A stretch of DNA of 64,000 bases from a bacterium. GTDB taxonomy: Bacteria; Bacillota_I; Bacilli_A; RF39; UBA660. How positions within the stretch are numbered: position 1 is the stretch's first letter; every line of letters begins with the position of its first letter. A program made the position numbers and the translations under genes. This document shows, in pieces, positions 10,139 to 19,969 of the stretch. The notes under the pieces are model-generated. The model ran no database searches and was not told where the DNA came from. It saw only the letters and a list, made by a program, of their open reading frames with translations. The stretch covers positions 255 to 64,254 of the forward strand of contig JAQXRJ010000098.1 of assembly GCA_029218465.1 (NCBI GenBank). The letters run 5' to 3'.

Positions 10139-12175
10139 CTAAAATACATTAAAAATCAAGTTAATCATAGCACATATAATAATTCCACATATAGTAGGTA
10201 TTATAAAAGCTAATAAAGTCCATTTTATAGATTTCGTTTCTTTTTTTATTGTTAGACACGTAGTTGAACAAGGAAAATGCATAAGAGTAAATATCATTAC
10301 TGATACAGCTGTAAGCCAAGTCCATCCATTATTTATTAATAAATTTTTTAATACATTAAGATTAGTTATCTCTATTAAATTCCCACTTGCCATATAGCTC
10401 ATTATAATTATTGGTATTACAATTTCATTTGCAGGAAATCCTAAAATAAATGCGAGTATTATTGTCCCATCCATTCCAATCATTTTACCAAAAGGATTTA
10501 AAAAATTTGATGTTAAACTTAAAATACTGCTACCGTTTATATTTACATTAGCCATTAACCATATTATTAATCCTGCAGGTATCGCAACGGATATAGCTCT
10601 GCCCAAAACAAACAATGTTCTATCAAATATAGATCTTATAATTACCTTTCCTACTTGGGGAATTCTATATGGCGGAAGTTCTAAGGTAAACGACGATGGA
10701 ATTCCCTTTAATAATGTTTTAGATAAAATTTTTGATACAAACAAGCTCATTATAATACCTAATAACACAATCAATAAAAGTAATACAACAGATTTAATAG
10801 ATGTTAACAAACCACTAGATGAACCAATAAAAAACATTGAAATAATTGATATTAAAATTGGAAATCTTCCATTACAAGGAACAAATGTATTAGTTAATAT
10901 TGCAATTAATCTTTCTCTTGGTGAATCTATTATTCTGCAACCTGATACTCCTACTGAATTACATCCAAATCCCATAGCCATTGTTAATGCCTGTTTTCCA
11001 CATGCATTGCATCTTTTAAATATTCCATCAACATTGAATGCTATTCTTGGCAAATATCCAATATCCTCAAGTAGAGTAAATAATGGGAAAAAAATTGACA
11101 TAGGTGGAAGCATCACCGAAACAACCCAAGCTAGAACCCTATATATTCCATGAACTAACATTTCATTTATAAATAATGGGATTTTTATACTATTTAAAAA
11201 TAAATATATTTTGTTTTCAAAGGAAAAAAACACTTTTTGTAATATTTCTGATGGATAATTACTTCCTACAATAGTTAGCCAAAAAATAAATCCAAATAAT
11301 AATAACATCATAGGTATGCCAGTTAACTTATTAGTTAATAATTTATCTATTTTTTTATCTTTTCTCAAATAATTTTTATCTTTATATATTACTACTTTTT
11401 TTGATATTTCTTCTGCTTTATCATTAATGGTTTCAACTATTTCTTCTTCTAACATTTCTATGTTATTAATTTTTTTTCTTGCTTTAATAATCAAATGTTC
11501 AACTTCATATTTATCTAAATTTTCATATTTAATTATTTTTGATTTTAATTCTTCATCATTTTTTAATAAATTAAGGCTTACCCATCTTAATGGTAATTTA
11601 AGTTTTTTTTTCTTTAAATTATCTTGAATTATTATGATTGCATTTTCTATTTCCTCATTATATTTAACTTTAAAACTTTTTTCTATGTTAGAATATTTAT
11701 CTATTGTATCAAGCAATTTATCTATCCCTACATTATTTCTAGCACTCATTCCTATGACTTTTACATTTAATAATTTAGATAATTCATGAATATTTACATA
11801 TATTTTCTTTTTTATAGCTTCATCCAACAAATTTACACACACTATTACATTATCTTTAATTTCGCATATTTGTAATACTAAATTTAAATTTCTCATCAAA
11901 CATACTGCATCACACACAACAATTGTTATATCATTATCTTCAAAACAGATAAAATCTCTAGCAACATATTCTTCCTCTGAATGCGCAAAAATAGAATATA
12001 TACCAGGCAAATCATATATTTTATAATTATTCTGTTTATAATTAAAAAAACCATATGCATTGCTTACTGTTTTTCCAGGCCAATTTCCTGTGTGCTGATG
12101 CATTCCTGTTAGAGCATTGAATACAGTTGATTTTCCCACGTTGGGATTACCAGCAAGTGCTATAATTCTATTCAT
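10139..12175 (-). CDS. feoB: ferrous iron transporter FeoB
   Basis: N-terminal G domain (GNPNVGKST, DLPG) followed by a polytopic permease. Overlaps feoA by 8 nt. Confidence 0.93.
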   Translation of the reverse strand: MNRIIALAGNPNVGKSTVFNALTGMHQHTGNWPGKTVSNAYGFFNYKQNNYKIYDLPGIYSIFAHSEEEYVARDFICFEDNDITIVVCDAVCLMRNLNLVLQICEIKDNVIVCVNLLDEAIKKKIYVNIHELSKLLNVKVIGMSARNNVGIDKLLDTIDKYSNIEKSFKVKYNEEIENAIIIIQDNLKKKKLKLPLRWVSLNLLKNDEELKSKIIKYENLDKYEVEHLIIKARKKINNIEMLEEEIVETINDKAEEISKKVVIYKDKNYLRKDKKIDKLLTNKLTGIPMMLLLFGFIFWLTIVGSNYPSEILQKVFFSFENKIYLFLNSIKIPLFINEMLVHGIYRVLAWVVSVMLPPMSIFFPLFTLLEDIGYLPRIAFNVDGIFKRCNACGKQALTMAMGFGCNSVGVSGCRIIDSPRERLIAILTNTFVPCNGRFPILISIISMFFIGSSSGLLTSIKSVVLLLLIVLLGIIMSLFVSKILSKTLLKGIPSSFTLELPPYRIPQVGKVIIRSIFDRTLFVLGRAISVAIPAGLIIWLMANVNINGSSILSLTSNFLNPFGKMIGMDGTIILAFILGFPANEIVIPIIIMSYMASGNLIEITNLNVLKNLLINNGWTWLTAVSVMIFTLMHFPCSTTCLTIKKETKSIKWTLLAFIIPTICGIIICAMINLIFNVF

Positions 12176-12404
12176 CCAATACCTCCACTATAATGTTTTT
12201 TGCATCATCATTTCTAATGGCAATTAAAGCTCCTCTTACTAAATATGCACATAGATTTCCACCATAATTTTTTAATGTTTTTTCTATTATTGTACCTTTA
12301 GTGAATCCTATATCCAATAATCTTCTTTTAATAGAATTATCATTATTTACTTCTATAACTTTTCCTTTTTTATTTATATCCATGGAATTTAAGCTGATTT
12401 TCAC
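12168..12404 (-). CDS. feoA: FeoA family protein
   Basis: 78-aa SH3-like FeoA (KGKVIEV...RRLLDIGF.KG) lying directly upstream of feoB and overlapping it. Confidence 0.85.
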   Translation of the reverse strand: MKISLNSMDINKKGKVIEVNNDNSIKRRLLDIGFTKGTIIEKTLKNYGGNLCAYLVRGALIAIRNDDAKNIIVEVLDE

Positions 12405-12450
12405 TGCAATATCACCTATTCTAATATATGAATATTAATACTACTTGACA

Positions 12451-12474
12451 CAAAAAAAGAGACTTTAATCTCTT
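12451..12474 (-). terminator. intrinsic terminator after thioredoxin-like gene
   Basis: Minus strand reads AAGAGA-TTAAAG-TCTCTT followed by TTTTTTTG. It overlaps the stop codon. Confidence 0.65.
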
Positions 12475-13183
12475 AACAGCTTTCATCACATACAATGCCA
12501 GTTATACGATTCATATAATTTGTAAGTTTAACAAGCAATTCTTCTTCTTGCCTATCATTTAATAATATATAAGGATCCTCTTGACTTTCGACTGTATCAG
12601 TATGATGTCCAACAATTTTTCCATCTTTTACAAATATAACAAGAGGTACATAGATTCTTTTTTCTCCAGTTGAAATATTTACTTCATCAGAACTCGTTAG
12701 TGTATAATCATTCAATATAGAATCTAATACTTCTATTAATTTATAATAATCTTCAGAACCATCTTTTTCTTTTATGACTTTATTATTTTCGTCTAATGAA
12801 TACAAGTCCCTATCTTCTTTTATATTTAAATAGTATATTTTATTTAGCTCTACTTCGTTTGCTGCTTCAAGCAATACTGGTACAAGATTTCTGCACCATG
12901 GACATTCTGGATATCCTAAATATATTACACCTGTTCCATTTTTTAAAATATCAATTACTTCATCGTAACTAGAATACTTAATTATATTATCTTCTGATAT
13001 TTGAACGTTTGGATAAACCTTATTATTAGATATATTAACTCTATTATTTAAAATCTCATATTCGTTTTTGAACTTCAAGCCATCATTATTTTCTAAGTTT
13101 TTTGATTCAATTATATATTTATATCCAATGAATACTGCAAAAATTGTTGCTATTGCTATTATTATTGCTGAACTTTTTTTCAT
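12473..13183 (-). CDS. membrane-anchored thioredoxin-fold protein (CPWC)
   Basis: N-terminal TM helix and a redox motif GYPECPWCRNLVP. Confidence 0.65.
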   Translation of the reverse strand: MKKSSAIIIAIATIFAVFIGYKYIIESKNLENNDGLKFKNEYEILNNRVNISNNKVYPNVQISEDNIIKYSSYDEVIDILKNGTGVIYLGYPECPWCRNLVPVLLEAANEVELNKIYYLNIKEDRDLYSLDENNKVIKEKDGSEDYYKLIEVLDSILNDYTLTSSDEVNISTGEKRIYVPLVIFVKDGKIVGHHTDTVESQEDPYILLNDRQEEELLVKLTNYMNRITGIVCDESC

Positions 13184-13244
13184 TTATTACTACCTCTTCT
13201 TCATTATGCATTTTTATTGTACGAAATAATTATAAATATTACAA

Positions 13245-13547
13245 TCATTTTACAATAGAAAGCTCTATTATAAGATCATTATTATCATCATTATGTACAA
13301 TATTTTTGTGAAGTTCTTTACATTTTTCACATTTATAAATTATTTTATATGTATCTTTAAACTTTTCTATCCCTATAGGTTTTAATAGACCCTTACACTC
13401 ATTTAATCTATCTCCTGGATTAATATCCAAATGTTTTGAATATAGACAATATGGACAATGATCCCTTGCTGTATATAAAGATTTAGTTACTTTTCTTTTA
13501 CAATTATCACAAATAAAATTTTCATTTATCATGTTAAACCTTTTCAT
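13245..13547 (-). CDS. RNHCP domain-containing zinc-ribbon protein
   Basis: Cys pattern CDNC...RDHCPYCLYSKH...CEKC matches the RNHCP signature as I recall it. Confidence 0.6.
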   Translation of the reverse strand: MKRFNMINENFICDNCKRKVTKSLYTARDHCPYCLYSKHLDINPGDRLNECKGLLKPIGIEKFKDTYKIIYKCEKCKELHKNIVHNDDNNDLIIELSIVK

Positions 13548-13672
13548 ACATCACCCTCTTAAATATTATATCATATCTTTTACTATAATAACAATTTATA
13601 ATAACAGAAAATGTAATATTGTCATACTAACATAAAATATGTTAAAATTGTAAAAGAATAGGAAGTGTTTAT

Positions 13673-14524
13673 ATGAGAAAAGATGGTATTAGAGTAAAAG
13701 ATTTAGATCCTACTCATAAAATTATGCCGTATTTGATGAAAGGAAGAACTGAAGCAGAAGTCTATCAAACTGAAACAATTGATATTACTAAATTAATGAA
13801 ATATCTAGATAAAATCAATAATAATAGAAAAGATAAAATAACTTTATTTCATGCAATTATAACAGCCATGGCAAAAACTGTTTATAACAGACCATTATTA
13901 AATAGATTTATTGCGGGAAGAAGGTTCTATGATAGAAATAATATTAGTTTTTCATTTGTAGCAAAAAATAAATTAGATGATAATTCTGAAGAAAGATTAA
14001 TTATATTAAAAACTAAGTATGATATGAATTTATTTGATATATCAGATATTATATTACAAGAAGTTACAAAAACTAGAAAAGCAAATAGTAATGAAATGAA
14101 CGATACATTAGGATTTGTTACATCATTTCCAAGATGTATTACTTCTTTAATAATGAATATTTTTAGAATTATGGATTATTTTGGAGTCGTACCTAAATCA
14201 ATTAGTGATACCGATCCAAATTATTCAACTATTCTTTTATCAAATTTAGGTAGTATAAAATGTAACAGTTGTTATCATCATTTAAACAACTATGGTACTA
14301 ATTCAATTGTATCTACAATAGGTGTAATAAGAGACATAAAAGAAAAAGCAAATAATGAAAAAACAGCAAATAAAAAATATGTTGATATTTCATTTACGTT
14401 AGATGAAAGGATAGCTGATGGATTTTATTTTGCTAAATCAATAAAGCTATTTAAATATATATTAGAAAATCCAAAGTTACTAGAAGATGAATTATCCAGC
14501 AAAATTGATATTGAAAATAAATAA
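13673..14524 (+). CDS. stand-alone 2-oxoacid dehydrogenase acyltransferase (E2 catalytic-domain-like) protein
   Basis: The C-terminal FTLDERIADGFYFAKSIKLF aligns to the E2/CAT-like DHRxxDG region. No lipoyl domain is present. Confidence 0.6.
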   Translation: MRKDGIRVKDLDPTHKIMPYLMKGRTEAEVYQTETIDITKLMKYLDKINNNRKDKITLFHAIITAMAKTVYNRPLLNRFIAGRRFYDRNNISFSFVAKNKLDDNSEERLIILKTKYDMNLFDISDIILQEVTKTRKANSNEMNDTLGFVTSFPRCITSLIMNIFRIMDYFGVVPKSISDTDPNYSTILLSNLGSIKCNSCYHHLNNYGTNSIVSTIGVIRDIKEKANNEKTANKKYVDISFTLDERIADGFYFAKSIKLFKYILENPKLLEDELSSKIDIENK

Positions 14525-14526
14525 TT

Positions 14527-14560
14527 AATAACACTTAAAAACATAAGTGTTATTTTTTTA
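14527..14560. terminator. bidirectional terminator between convergent genes
   Basis: 11-bp stem AATAACACTTA/TAAGTGTTATT (14527-14537 / 14544-14554) followed by T7 on the plus strand. Confidence 0.7.
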
Positions 14561-15221
14561 GTGTTTTTAAATATTCTTTTTGTTCTTTACATATTCTCGA
14601 CGATTCAATTATTTTTTGTATTGTTTTATTATATGTCCATTTATCAATATTAAGTTTGTCTATTTTTTTCATCGCAATATTTGGATATTTTATATATAAA
14701 GATGATAAAAGCCAAGAAATGGCCATTAAAACATAGTATTCTTTTTTATAGATTTCATTTATTATTTCACATATATTGTCTATATATTTTTCTTCTAAAT
14801 AGTGATCTAATAGCATTACAAGCATAAATCTAAGTTCAAATTCTTTCTTGGACTTAGAATAAGTCTTTATAAATTTTAAATATTTATCTTTATCATTGTC
14901 TTTAATTTTAATACTACTGCAAAAAGTATCACATACTGCCCAATTATCAATTTTTTTTACAAATTTTTTTATTATTGGTATTTTTATATTACTTTCCTTT
15001 TTTAAATATGCGATTATCAAGCCTTGCAACATTATTTCTTCATAGTAATCATCTCCTATTTTTAATAATATTTCATTATCTTGATTATACAAAAATTTTG
15101 CTAATTTTTTTAAAATTGGAACCCTTATACCTATAATATTATCATTTTTAGGACATAGTCTTGAATGAAATTCTTTATACTTTATATCCCGCAATTTAAA
15201 TAATTCTTCTTTAATATCCAT
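14550..15221 (-). CDS. DNA alkylation repair (AlkD-like HEAT repeat) protein
   Basis: Family-like pattern PILKKLAKFL...IDNWAVCDTFCSS. I prefer the ATG at 15221 (SD GGAG 6 nt upstream) over the TTG at 15248 used in the track. Confidence 0.65.
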   Translation of the reverse strand: MDIKEELFKLRDIKYKEFHSRLCPKNDNIIGIRVPILKKLAKFLYNQDNEILLKIGDDYYEEIMLQGLIIAYLKKESNIKIPIIKKFVKKIDNWAVCDTFCSSIKIKDNDKDKYLKFIKTYSKSKKEFELRFMLVMLLDHYLEEKYIDNICEIINEIYKKEYYVLMAISWLLSSLYIKYPNIAMKKIDKLNIDKWTYNKTIQKIIESSRICKEQKEYLKTLKK

Positions 15222-15229
15222 ATATGCTC

Positions 15230-15258
15230 CAAAATAAAACAGTATCAAATACTGTTTT
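15230..15258 (-). terminator. hairpin/terminator after nrdG
   Basis: 10-bp stem AAAACAGTAT/ATACTGTTTT (15236-15245 / 15249-15258) followed by ATTTTGG on the minus strand. Confidence 0.55.
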
Positions 15259-15820
15259 ATATAAAAATTTTTTCTTCTATTTCTTTAATGACTTTATTGT
15301 CATCTTCTTTCATTAATTCTTCTATTAATATTGGTTTATTATTCTTTAAACTTTCCTTTACATCTAATATTCTCTGATTTCTAGATCCTCTAAATTTAAT
15401 ATTTAGACTTTTTTGTTCAAGTATAAATTTACCATCTATCAATACATCTATTTCATTTAAAAAATCTAATATTGAGTTATTAGTCTTTGACATTTTTAAT
15501 AATTCTTCAAACGTAAACCCAGTATAACACCAAACATTTAATCCACAATTATGTGCATATTTAGCAATATCATAACAAGCTTCAGCTTGCATCATCGGAT
15601 CTCCACCAGAAAACGTTATTCCTTCTTCTGATTCTAGAGTTTTGATTTGCATTTTTAAATCTTCTGTATCATATATAAATCCCCCATCAAAAGAATGTGT
15701 TTCTGGATTATGACACATATAACAGTTGTGAGGACAGCCTTGGGTCCATATAACTGCCCTTAGGCCTACCCCATCAACTATACTTCCTTTTTGTAAATTA
15801 CTAGCTAGCCTTATTTTCAT
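15257..15820 (-). CDS. nrdG: anaerobic ribonucleotide reductase activating protein (radical SAM)
   Basis: Radical SAM cluster CPHNCYMCHN, GGDP motif, and position downstream of nrdD. Confidence 0.9.
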   Translation of the reverse strand: MKIRLASNLQKGSIVDGVGLRAVIWTQGCPHNCYMCHNPETHSFDGGFIYDTEDLKMQIKTLESEEGITFSGGDPMMQAEACYDIAKYAHNCGLNVWCYTGFTFEELLKMSKTNNSILDFLNEIDVLIDGKFILEQKSLNIKFRGSRNQRILDVKESLKNNKPILIEELMKEDDNKVIKEIEEKIFI

Positions 15821-15980
15821 AATAATGCTTTACACGATCATGCTCTTCAGCGCGTTTTCCATTATTAAATCTATCAACAGTACCAACTAAATATCCTGTA
15901 ATTCTTCTAATGCGTTCAAATCCTACTCCTTCACCTGTTGTCTTAACATTTTCTTCCTTTAATTCTACTTCTTTTTTCAT
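15801..15980 (-). CDS. NrdD C-terminal glycyl-radical domain encoded as a separate 59-aa ORF
   Basis: Not in ORF track (59 aa). Hand translation: MKKEVELKEENVKTTGEGVGFERIRRITGYLVGTVDRFNNGKRAEEHDRVKHYYENKAS. It contains the class III RNR glycyl-radical motif RRITGY. SD GGAGGAGG lies upstream. It is in the same frame as nrdD, four sense codons (EEEK) after the nrdD TAG. It overlaps the nrdG start by 20 nt. Confidence 0.8.
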   Translation of the reverse strand: MKKEVELKEENVKTTGEGVGFERIRRITGYLVGTVDRFNNGKRAEEHDRVKHYYENKAS

Positions 15981-15992
15981 TTTTTCCTCCTC

Positions 15993-18305
15993 CTATTTAC
16001 AACAACAATTTAATGATGTTAATTTTTCTATACTTACTGATTCCCCTTCACGTCTACCACATCTTGGACAAACATCTTTAATTACTCCAACATATCCACA
16101 CACTGGGTCTCTATCAACAGGATGATTAATTGCACCATACCCTATTCCTGATTCTTTCATTATACGTACAACTTTTTCAAATGCATCTAAGTTATCTGAT
16201 GGATCACCGTCAAGTTCAATATATGAAATATGACCTGCATTTGTAAAACTATGATAAGGTGCTTCTATTTTAATTTTATTTTCAATTGATATTGGATAAT
16301 ATACTGGAACATGGAACGAATTTGTATAATAATCTCTATCTGTAACTCCTTTTATTTTTCCATATATAGCTCTGTCTATTCTTACAAATCTACCGGATAG
16401 TCCTTCAGCAGGGGTAGCAAGACATGTAAAATTCAAATTATACTTTTCACTATACTCATCACATTTTTCTCTCATAAATCCAATAATTTTCAACCCTAAT
16501 TCCTGTGCTTCTTTTGACTCACCATGATGTTTTCCAATTAAACATTTTAAACATTCTGCAAGACCAATAAATCCAATTGACAAAGTCCCATGTTTTAAGA
16601 CCCTTCTCAATCTATCTGTTTTTTTCAATCTATCTGAATCAATCCATATTCCTTGACCTAGTAAAAATGGAAAATTATAAACATGTTTGCTACATTGTAT
16701 TTCAAACCTTTCCAATAATTGATCTTTAACTAAATCCATCAATTCTTCTAATTCTTTAAAGAATCCATCAATATCAGTTTTTTCTCTTCCATTTACCATT
16801 CCATGTTTAATACCAAGTCTTGGTAAGTTAATTGATGTAAATGATAAGTTGCCTCTTCCTGGAGTAATTGCTTTATCAGGATCCACTTTATTAGCCATGA
16901 CTCTTGTACGGCATCCCATGTATCCAACTTCAGTTCTATAATCATTTGGATCATAAAATGCTAAATTAAATGGGGCATCAATAAATGAGAAATTAGGAAA
17001 TAGTCTTTTTGCGGACACTTTACATGATAGTTTAAATAAATCATAGTTTGGATCTCCTGGATTATAATTTACTCCTTCTTTTACTTTAAATATTGATATT
17101 GGAAATATAGGAGTTTCACTATGTCCTAGTCCAGCATCAACAGATTTCAAATAGTTTTCAATTACCATTCTTCCTTCAGGAGATGTGTCAGTACCAAAAT
17201 TTACTGATGAAAAAGGAACCTGTGCACCAGCTCTTGAATGCATTGTATTTAAATTATGTACAAATGCTTCCATAGCTTGATATGTAATTCTATCAGTTTT
17301 CTTTAGTGCCTTGTTATATGCCATATTAAATAATCTTTTTATATTGTCTGAATCTTTAGCATATTTATCAAATTGTGATATATCAAATTTTATTGATTGT
17401 AATTTATCAATTTCTTTAGTCATTGTATTAAATGTTATTAGTTTACCATAGTCTGTATAGTCAAGTAAATCTGCCAAAGTTTGCTTGAATTGTTTTTTAA
17501 ATGTTTTTAGTACTCCCGGAGCCATATAATAATCAAAGGCAGGGATACTTTGACCTCCATGTTGATCATTTTGATTTGATTGAATAGCAATTGCTCCTAA
17601 TGCAGCATAGCTAATTATGTCATTAGGTGCTCTTAAATGTCCGTGTCCAGTTGAAAAACCATTCTTAAATAATTTTTCTAAATCTATTTGAGTACATGTT
17701 GTTGTTCCCATTGGCATAAAATCCATATCATGTATATGTATATCTCCATCGTCATGAGCATCAGCAAATTTTTTTTTCATCAAATATGATTTTGCAAATT
17801 CTTTAGATATTGTTGAACCATATTGAAGCATAGTCCCCATTGCTGTATCTCCATCTACATTTGCATTTTCTCTTTTTAAATCATCTTCAGCTGCAGATTT
17901 CAATCCTAATCCTTCAATAGTTTTTAAAAATTTATGTTTTCTTTTGTCATCAAAAAACATTTCTCTAGATTGAGCACGTCTTTCACGATATAGTTTAAAA
18001 GATTCATATACATCTTTATATCCTTTTTTTTCAAGTTCATGCTCAATTAAATCTTGAATTTCTTCTATTTTTATTTTTTCTTCATCTTTATATTTTTTTT
18101 CAATATTTTTTATTACCCCTTGAAAAACTTTTTGAACATCTTTTTCCGAATAAATTCTTTCTTCTACATTTTCATGATCATCTGGTTTGTTTATTCCATC
18201 AAAACCTTTTTTTATAGCCATTGCTATCTTAGTTGCATCGAATTCAACTTTTTTTCCATTTCTTTTAACCACTTTTAGGTTAGCTATAACTTCTTCCGTA
18301 ACCAT
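15993..18305 (-). CDS. nrdD: anaerobic ribonucleoside-triphosphate reductase, large part lacking the glycyl-radical C-terminus
   Basis: ATP-cone at the N-terminus (VVKRNGKKVEFD), class III RNR core, and a C-terminal Cys-rich region (VCGY...CPRCG). It ends at TAG 15993-15995. The likely start is ATG 18305, preceded by GGAGG; the track uses GTG at 18317. Confidence 0.9.
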   Translation of the reverse strand: MVTEEVIANLKVVKRNGKKVEFDATKIAMAIKKGFDGINKPDDHENVEERIYSEKDVQKVFQGVIKNIEKKYKDEEKIKIEEIQDLIEHELEKKGYKDVYESFKLYRERRAQSREMFFDDKRKHKFLKTIEGLGLKSAAEDDLKRENANVDGDTAMGTMLQYGSTISKEFAKSYLMKKKFADAHDDGDIHIHDMDFMPMGTTTCTQIDLEKLFKNGFSTGHGHLRAPNDIISYAALGAIAIQSNQNDQHGGQSIPAFDYYMAPGVLKTFKKQFKQTLADLLDYTDYGKLITFNTMTKEIDKLQSIKFDISQFDKYAKDSDNIKRLFNMAYNKALKKTDRITYQAMEAFVHNLNTMHSRAGAQVPFSSVNFGTDTSPEGRMVIENYLKSVDAGLGHSETPIFPISIFKVKEGVNYNPGDPNYDLFKLSCKVSAKRLFPNFSFIDAPFNLAFYDPNDYRTEVGYMGCRTRVMANKVDPDKAITPGRGNLSFTSINLPRLGIKHGMVNGREKTDIDGFFKELEELMDLVKDQLLERFEIQCSKHVYNFPFLLGQGIWIDSDRLKKTDRLRRVLKHGTLSIGFIGLAECLKCLIGKHHGESKEAQELGLKIIGFMREKCDEYSEKYNLNFTCLATPAEGLSGRFVRIDRAIYGKIKGVTDRDYYTNSFHVPVYYPISIENKIKIEAPYHSFTNAGHISYIELDGDPSDNLDAFEKVVRIMKESGIGYGAINHPVDRDPVCGYVGVIKDVCPRCGRREGESVSIEKLTSLNCCCK

Positions 18306-18607
18306 ATATACCTCCACGAACTATTTTCTCTTACAGTTTAAATTATATACATTTAATTATTCAAAATCAATCAAATATATGTAAATTTTTTTACTTTTTT
18401 TCAAAACCCTTATTTTTCAAGGAAATTTAAATTTGTTCGATTTACATTTTTTATTTTTTTGTTTTTTCTATATCTATTTTTTAATTTTTCCTATATAAAA
18501 TAAGGATTTAACATTTTAAAAAAAGACAAAAATATATTTTTTTAAAAAAACATTTTTTTAAAAATTCGATTTTTGATTTATTTTTTTCTTTTGTTTTCAA
18601 CATTCTT

Positions 18608-18639
18608 TATATTAAAACAAGTGTCAAATAACACTTGTT
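18608..18639 (-). terminator. terminator after recA
   Basis: 9-bp stem AACAAGTGT/ACACTTGTT (18616-18624 / 18631-18639) followed by TTAAT on the minus strand. Confidence 0.55.
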
Positions 18640-18660
18640 CAATTTACACAAATTTACATC

Positions 18661-19659
18661 TTATACAATGTTATAATATTCTCTAATCTTGCTTTCAATT
18701 TCATTAGCAAGTTCTTTATTTTCTTTTAACAAAAGCTTAACGTTCTCTCTTCCTTGTCCTAATTTTTCGTTGTTATATGAAAACCAAGCCCCACTTTTTT
18801 CTATTACACCAGCTGTAACACCTAAATCTACCAATTCTCCAGTTTTTGATACACCTTCTCCATACATTATATCTACTACAGCAGTTTTAAATGGAGGTGC
18901 AACTTTATTTTTTACAACTTTAATATTCGTTTTATTACCAATAACATTATCTCCAACTTTTATTGCTTCACTTCTTCTAACATCTAATCGTATGCTTGAA
19001 TAGAATTTTAACGCACGTCCTCCTGTAGTTGTTTCAGGATTACCAAACATAATGCCAACTTTTTCTCTTAATTGATTGATAAAAATAGCTATTGTATTAG
19101 TTTTGTTAATTGTACCTGATAATTTTCTTAATGCTTGTGACATCAATCTTGCCTGAAGACCAACATGAGAATCACCCATTTCTCCATCTATTTCTGCTTT
19201 TGGAACCAATGCAGCTACAGAATCTATTACAATTATATTAATAGCATTACTTCTAACTAATGCTTCGCAAATCTCTAGAGCTTGTTCTCCTGTATCGGGT
19301 TGAGATAGCAACAATTCATTAATATTTACACCTAAATTTTTAGCATAACTAGGATCAAGAGAATGCTCCGCATCAATAAAAGCAGCTCTGCCTCCTTGTT
19401 TTTGAATTTCTGCTATTGCATGTAGTGCAAATGTTGTTTTACCACTTGATTCAGGCCCATATATTTCTATTATTCTTCCTTTAGGATACCCTCCAATACC
19501 AAGCGCTATATCTAAGGACAATGAACCACTTGAACATGTTGCTATTTCCATATGTCTATTGTCTCCTAATTTCATTATTGAGCCCTTACCAAATTGTTTT
19601 TCAATATCATTTAATACCTGTTCAAGCGTCTTATCATTATTTGTTTCAGTTTTTGCCAT
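18661..19659 (-). CDS. recA: recombinase RecA
   Basis: GPESSGKTT Walker A, and the whole sequence looks like RecA ([20 protein letters not shown]). Confidence 0.97.
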   Translation of the reverse strand: MAKTETNNDKTLEQVLNDIEKQFGKGSIMKLGDNRHMEIATCSSGSLSLDIALGIGGYPKGRIIEIYGPESSGKTTFALHAIAEIQKQGGRAAFIDAEHSLDPSYAKNLGVNINELLLSQPDTGEQALEICEALVRSNAINIIVIDSVAALVPKAEIDGEMGDSHVGLQARLMSQALRKLSGTINKTNTIAIFINQLREKVGIMFGNPETTTGGRALKFYSSIRLDVRRSEAIKVGDNVIGNKTNIKVVKNKVAPPFKTAVVDIMYGEGVSKTGELVDLGVTAGVIEKSGAWFSYNNEKLGQGRENVKLLLKENKELANEIESKIREYYNIV

Positions 19660-19867
19660 AATAACCTCCTATTTTTTGCTTACAAATATATAATACACTA
19701 TAAAGAATTAAAAAGTCAACACTTATTCGAACAAATGTTTTTGATTTGTAATTAACATATATGTAATTTAGAAAATTGTTTATAATTAATATTAAAATAA
19801 GTAAATAAACAATATATCCTATTTCAACATATTTTTTCATAAAATTTAAAAAGAAGAGAATATTAAT

Positions 19868-19902
19868 TGAAACCCGTTTCTATGTCCAAGAAGCGGGTTT
19901 CA
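19868..19902 (-). terminator. long hairpin between pgsA and recA
   Basis: Stem TGAAACCCG...CGGGTTTCA, extended to about 13 bp. The U-tract is weak on the minus strand and better on the plus strand. Confidence 0.4.
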
Positions 19903-19969
19903 AATTATTTTTGAGATTTCATTTTATTAAAAAGTTTTTTTCTTTAAAGCATACAAAATGTGATTCACT

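Noticed and set aside
15993-15995. Could the in-frame TAG in nrdD indicate genome-wide stop-codon reassignment or pyrrolysine?
   Set aside because: All other long ORFs in the window are uninterrupted under the standard code. TAG also ends several ORFs cleanly, for example ponA at 32109-32111 and adk at 59158-59160. No pyl genes are visible, so the event looks local.
19646-19840. 64-aa ORF upstream of recA and overlapping it.
   Set aside because: The translation is hydrophobic and low-complexity in an AT-rich leader, with no SD. It overlaps the recA start and is most likely promoter or leader DNA.
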